From: Anolis carolinensis | Taxonomy: Eukaryota | Reading direction: 5' to 3' | Assembly (NCBI RefSeq): GCF_035594765.1 | Contig: NW_026943819.1 | Coordinates: 16,976,703 to 17,040,702 of the forward strand | DNA: 64,000 nt | Shown: piece by piece, positions 62,151-64,000 of the stretch | Layout of the letters: each line of letters opens with the position of its first letter | Position numbering within the stretch: the first letter of the stretch is position 1 | The notes under the pieces: model-generated | Told to the model about the DNA's origin: nothing | The model's database searches: none | What the model saw: only the letters and a program-made list of their open reading frames with translations | Translations under genes and position numbers: made by a program

Positions 62151-63651
62151 AACAGTGCTATAGCTCTGTAGTGTGAATGGGCCCCTTGTAATTTAAGAGA
62201 GTAACAAGGGCCAGCAATATGAGCTAGTGATATTATCAACCTGCCCAGATTAATTTGAATAATAAGCCTTTTCTTTGGCTGCAGGCTTCTGATCTTCATC
62301 TGCAACGTGTATCATCATTTTAACTTGCACCAATCAAAAGCACGTTGTTCCTGAGCCTTTATGGTTGCTTTTTAGCAAATTCAGGCTCGGTAAGCATAAT
62401 CTTATTACTGTAGTGTTCAAAGAGTGCCTTTCCAAAAATCAACTCAATCGCTGACTGATGGTGCTTAAACGTTCCCATCAGAACAGAGTTTTAATGTATT
62501 TGCTGGAATCTAGTTCCTCCATATGCTTCTTCTTTATTTATTTATTTATTTAATGACATGTTACAGATGGCACCCAGATCAAAAGACCCCTTTAAAGTCT
62601 GAGTAAATAATACAAGCTAAATGCAGAGCAACTTTCCTCCACCCCCTACCCCAGAATATATTGGGGGAATAAAATCTCTTATTCTGCTAGAGCTTCCTCT
62701 CAACATCCTCTTGGCTCGATGGAAGTAGAGATGATCAGGGAATGAACTTTGCTGCCTGGCAAGTCATTTATTTGCAGGCCTACATAATGTAAGGTTGGGG
62801 GTTGGGGGACGACACAGACCAGCCTGGATCTGTCTTTCCTCTGGAGAGGAGATACTTTTATCACTTGCCCATCATCACAAGTCCTTGTCAGGCCCCATGT
62901 TGACAATCTGATCAAAGCTGCCGGAGACAAAAATCAATGCATTTCAAAGGCTGCCACTCAGACATGCAGGAGTCTCCCCAGGCCTGCCGTGATGCATTGA
63001 GGCTCCCATTCTCTCTCTCTAGCCTTCTAGTCTCCAGGCGCACCAAAATCCATCAACACTCCAAGAGCCCAGTTTAATATGTATGGATCACAAGCTAGGA
63101 AAAGCAGATGCGCTTATTCCTGAACAAACTTTGAATACCGTGCTTCTAAGCACATCGTTTGAATGCTGCTGAGTTCTAAACAAAGTTTTCTGACATCAGA
63201 TTGCTGATGTGTGGCAACTCAGAAATGGCATTTATCTTCAGGACTAAGTTGCCTGACATCTGATGGACCATCAAGCAATTCCAAGCTTTTTCTACTGGGC
63301 ATCTTTAGGGTCTTTAGATGGATACAGACTACTGTTGAGAATACAAGTTTGAATACTCTTGTCCCTTTGCTGCATACAGCCATAAACATGGTTCATTTCA
63401 AGTGAGCAGTAACTATATTTGTGTGGGGTGGGGGACATACTCCCCAACCTTGAAATACTGGGTCACATCATGGATTGAATTAGCAGATTAAGAACATATG
63501 AAGATCCATGCTTGATCATACTGCAGGACTATTTAATCCAACATTTTGCTAATATTGTGACCATTTAATCACCAATGGGAAACCCACCAGCAGGACGTGC
63601 ATGTAATTATGCCCTTTCCTTCAAATTTCCTATCAGCGCAAAAGAAGACAC

Positions 63652-63980
63652 AGGTAAAAGTAAAAGTTTTCCCTGACATTAAGTATAGTCATATCCGACT
63701 CTGGGGGTTGGTGCTTATCTCCATTTCTAAGCCAAAGAGCCGGCATTGTCCGTAGACACCTCCAAGGTCATGCGGCTGACGTGAATGCATGGAGCGATGT
63801 TACCTTCCTGCCAGAGCAGTACTTATTGATCTACCCACATTTGCATGTTTTCAAACTGCTAGGTTGGCAGAAGCTGGGGCCAACAGGGGGAGTTCACCCC
63901 GCTCCCCGGATTTGAACTGCCAACCTTTCAGTCAGCAAGTTCAGCAGCTCAGTGGTTTAATCCGCTGCGCCACCGGGGGC
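63652..63980 (-). mobile_element. Sauria SINE
   Basis: Reverse complement of the family at 56080-56408. Confidence 0.85.
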
Positions 63981-64000
63981 ATACAAGTCCCTCTGGGGAC

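Noticed and set aside
46100-64000. A second protein-coding gene upstream of CDON
   Set aside because: No ORF or exon chain with recognisable protein features; the ORFs map to repeats or look random

Overview
Vertebrate genomic DNA from a squamate reptile, Anolis-like judging by its Sauria SINE, Penelope, Vingi and Helitron content. The main gene is CDON (Cdo, the Ig/FnIII Hedgehog co-receptor) on the minus strand. I traced 17 coding exons from the ATG at 24942 to 4892 by hand; all have GT-AG boundaries and consistent phases (3362 nt, about 1120 codons). The last exons lie left of the window, and the probable promoter/non-coding first exon is the CpG island at about 40330-40870. Bases 1-3676 are the 3' half of a young Ty3/Gypsy LTR retrotransposon inserted antisense in a CDON intron. 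Its pol ORF is intact, lacks the chromodomain expected for this type, and reads about 139 codons into the 3' LTR. There it encodes an acidic tail with a LEDGF-IBD/TFIIS-N-terminal-domain (TND) binding motif, DIFAAPSDEESFEGF, resembling host CDCA7L/JPO2; this is the best candidate for an undescribed system. Other notable items are a 2.1-kb solo LTR about 400 bp upstream of the CDON CpG island, a 747-bp solo LTR with internal tRNA-Leu primer-binding-site copies, Penelope copies with minimal hammerhead ribozymes, a hAT MITE carrying tandem-amplified CR1 tails, and mosaic Helitrons. The rest is TE-rich intronic or intergenic DNA. Most short ORFs in the track are spurious. All family assignments come from motif recognition, not database searches.
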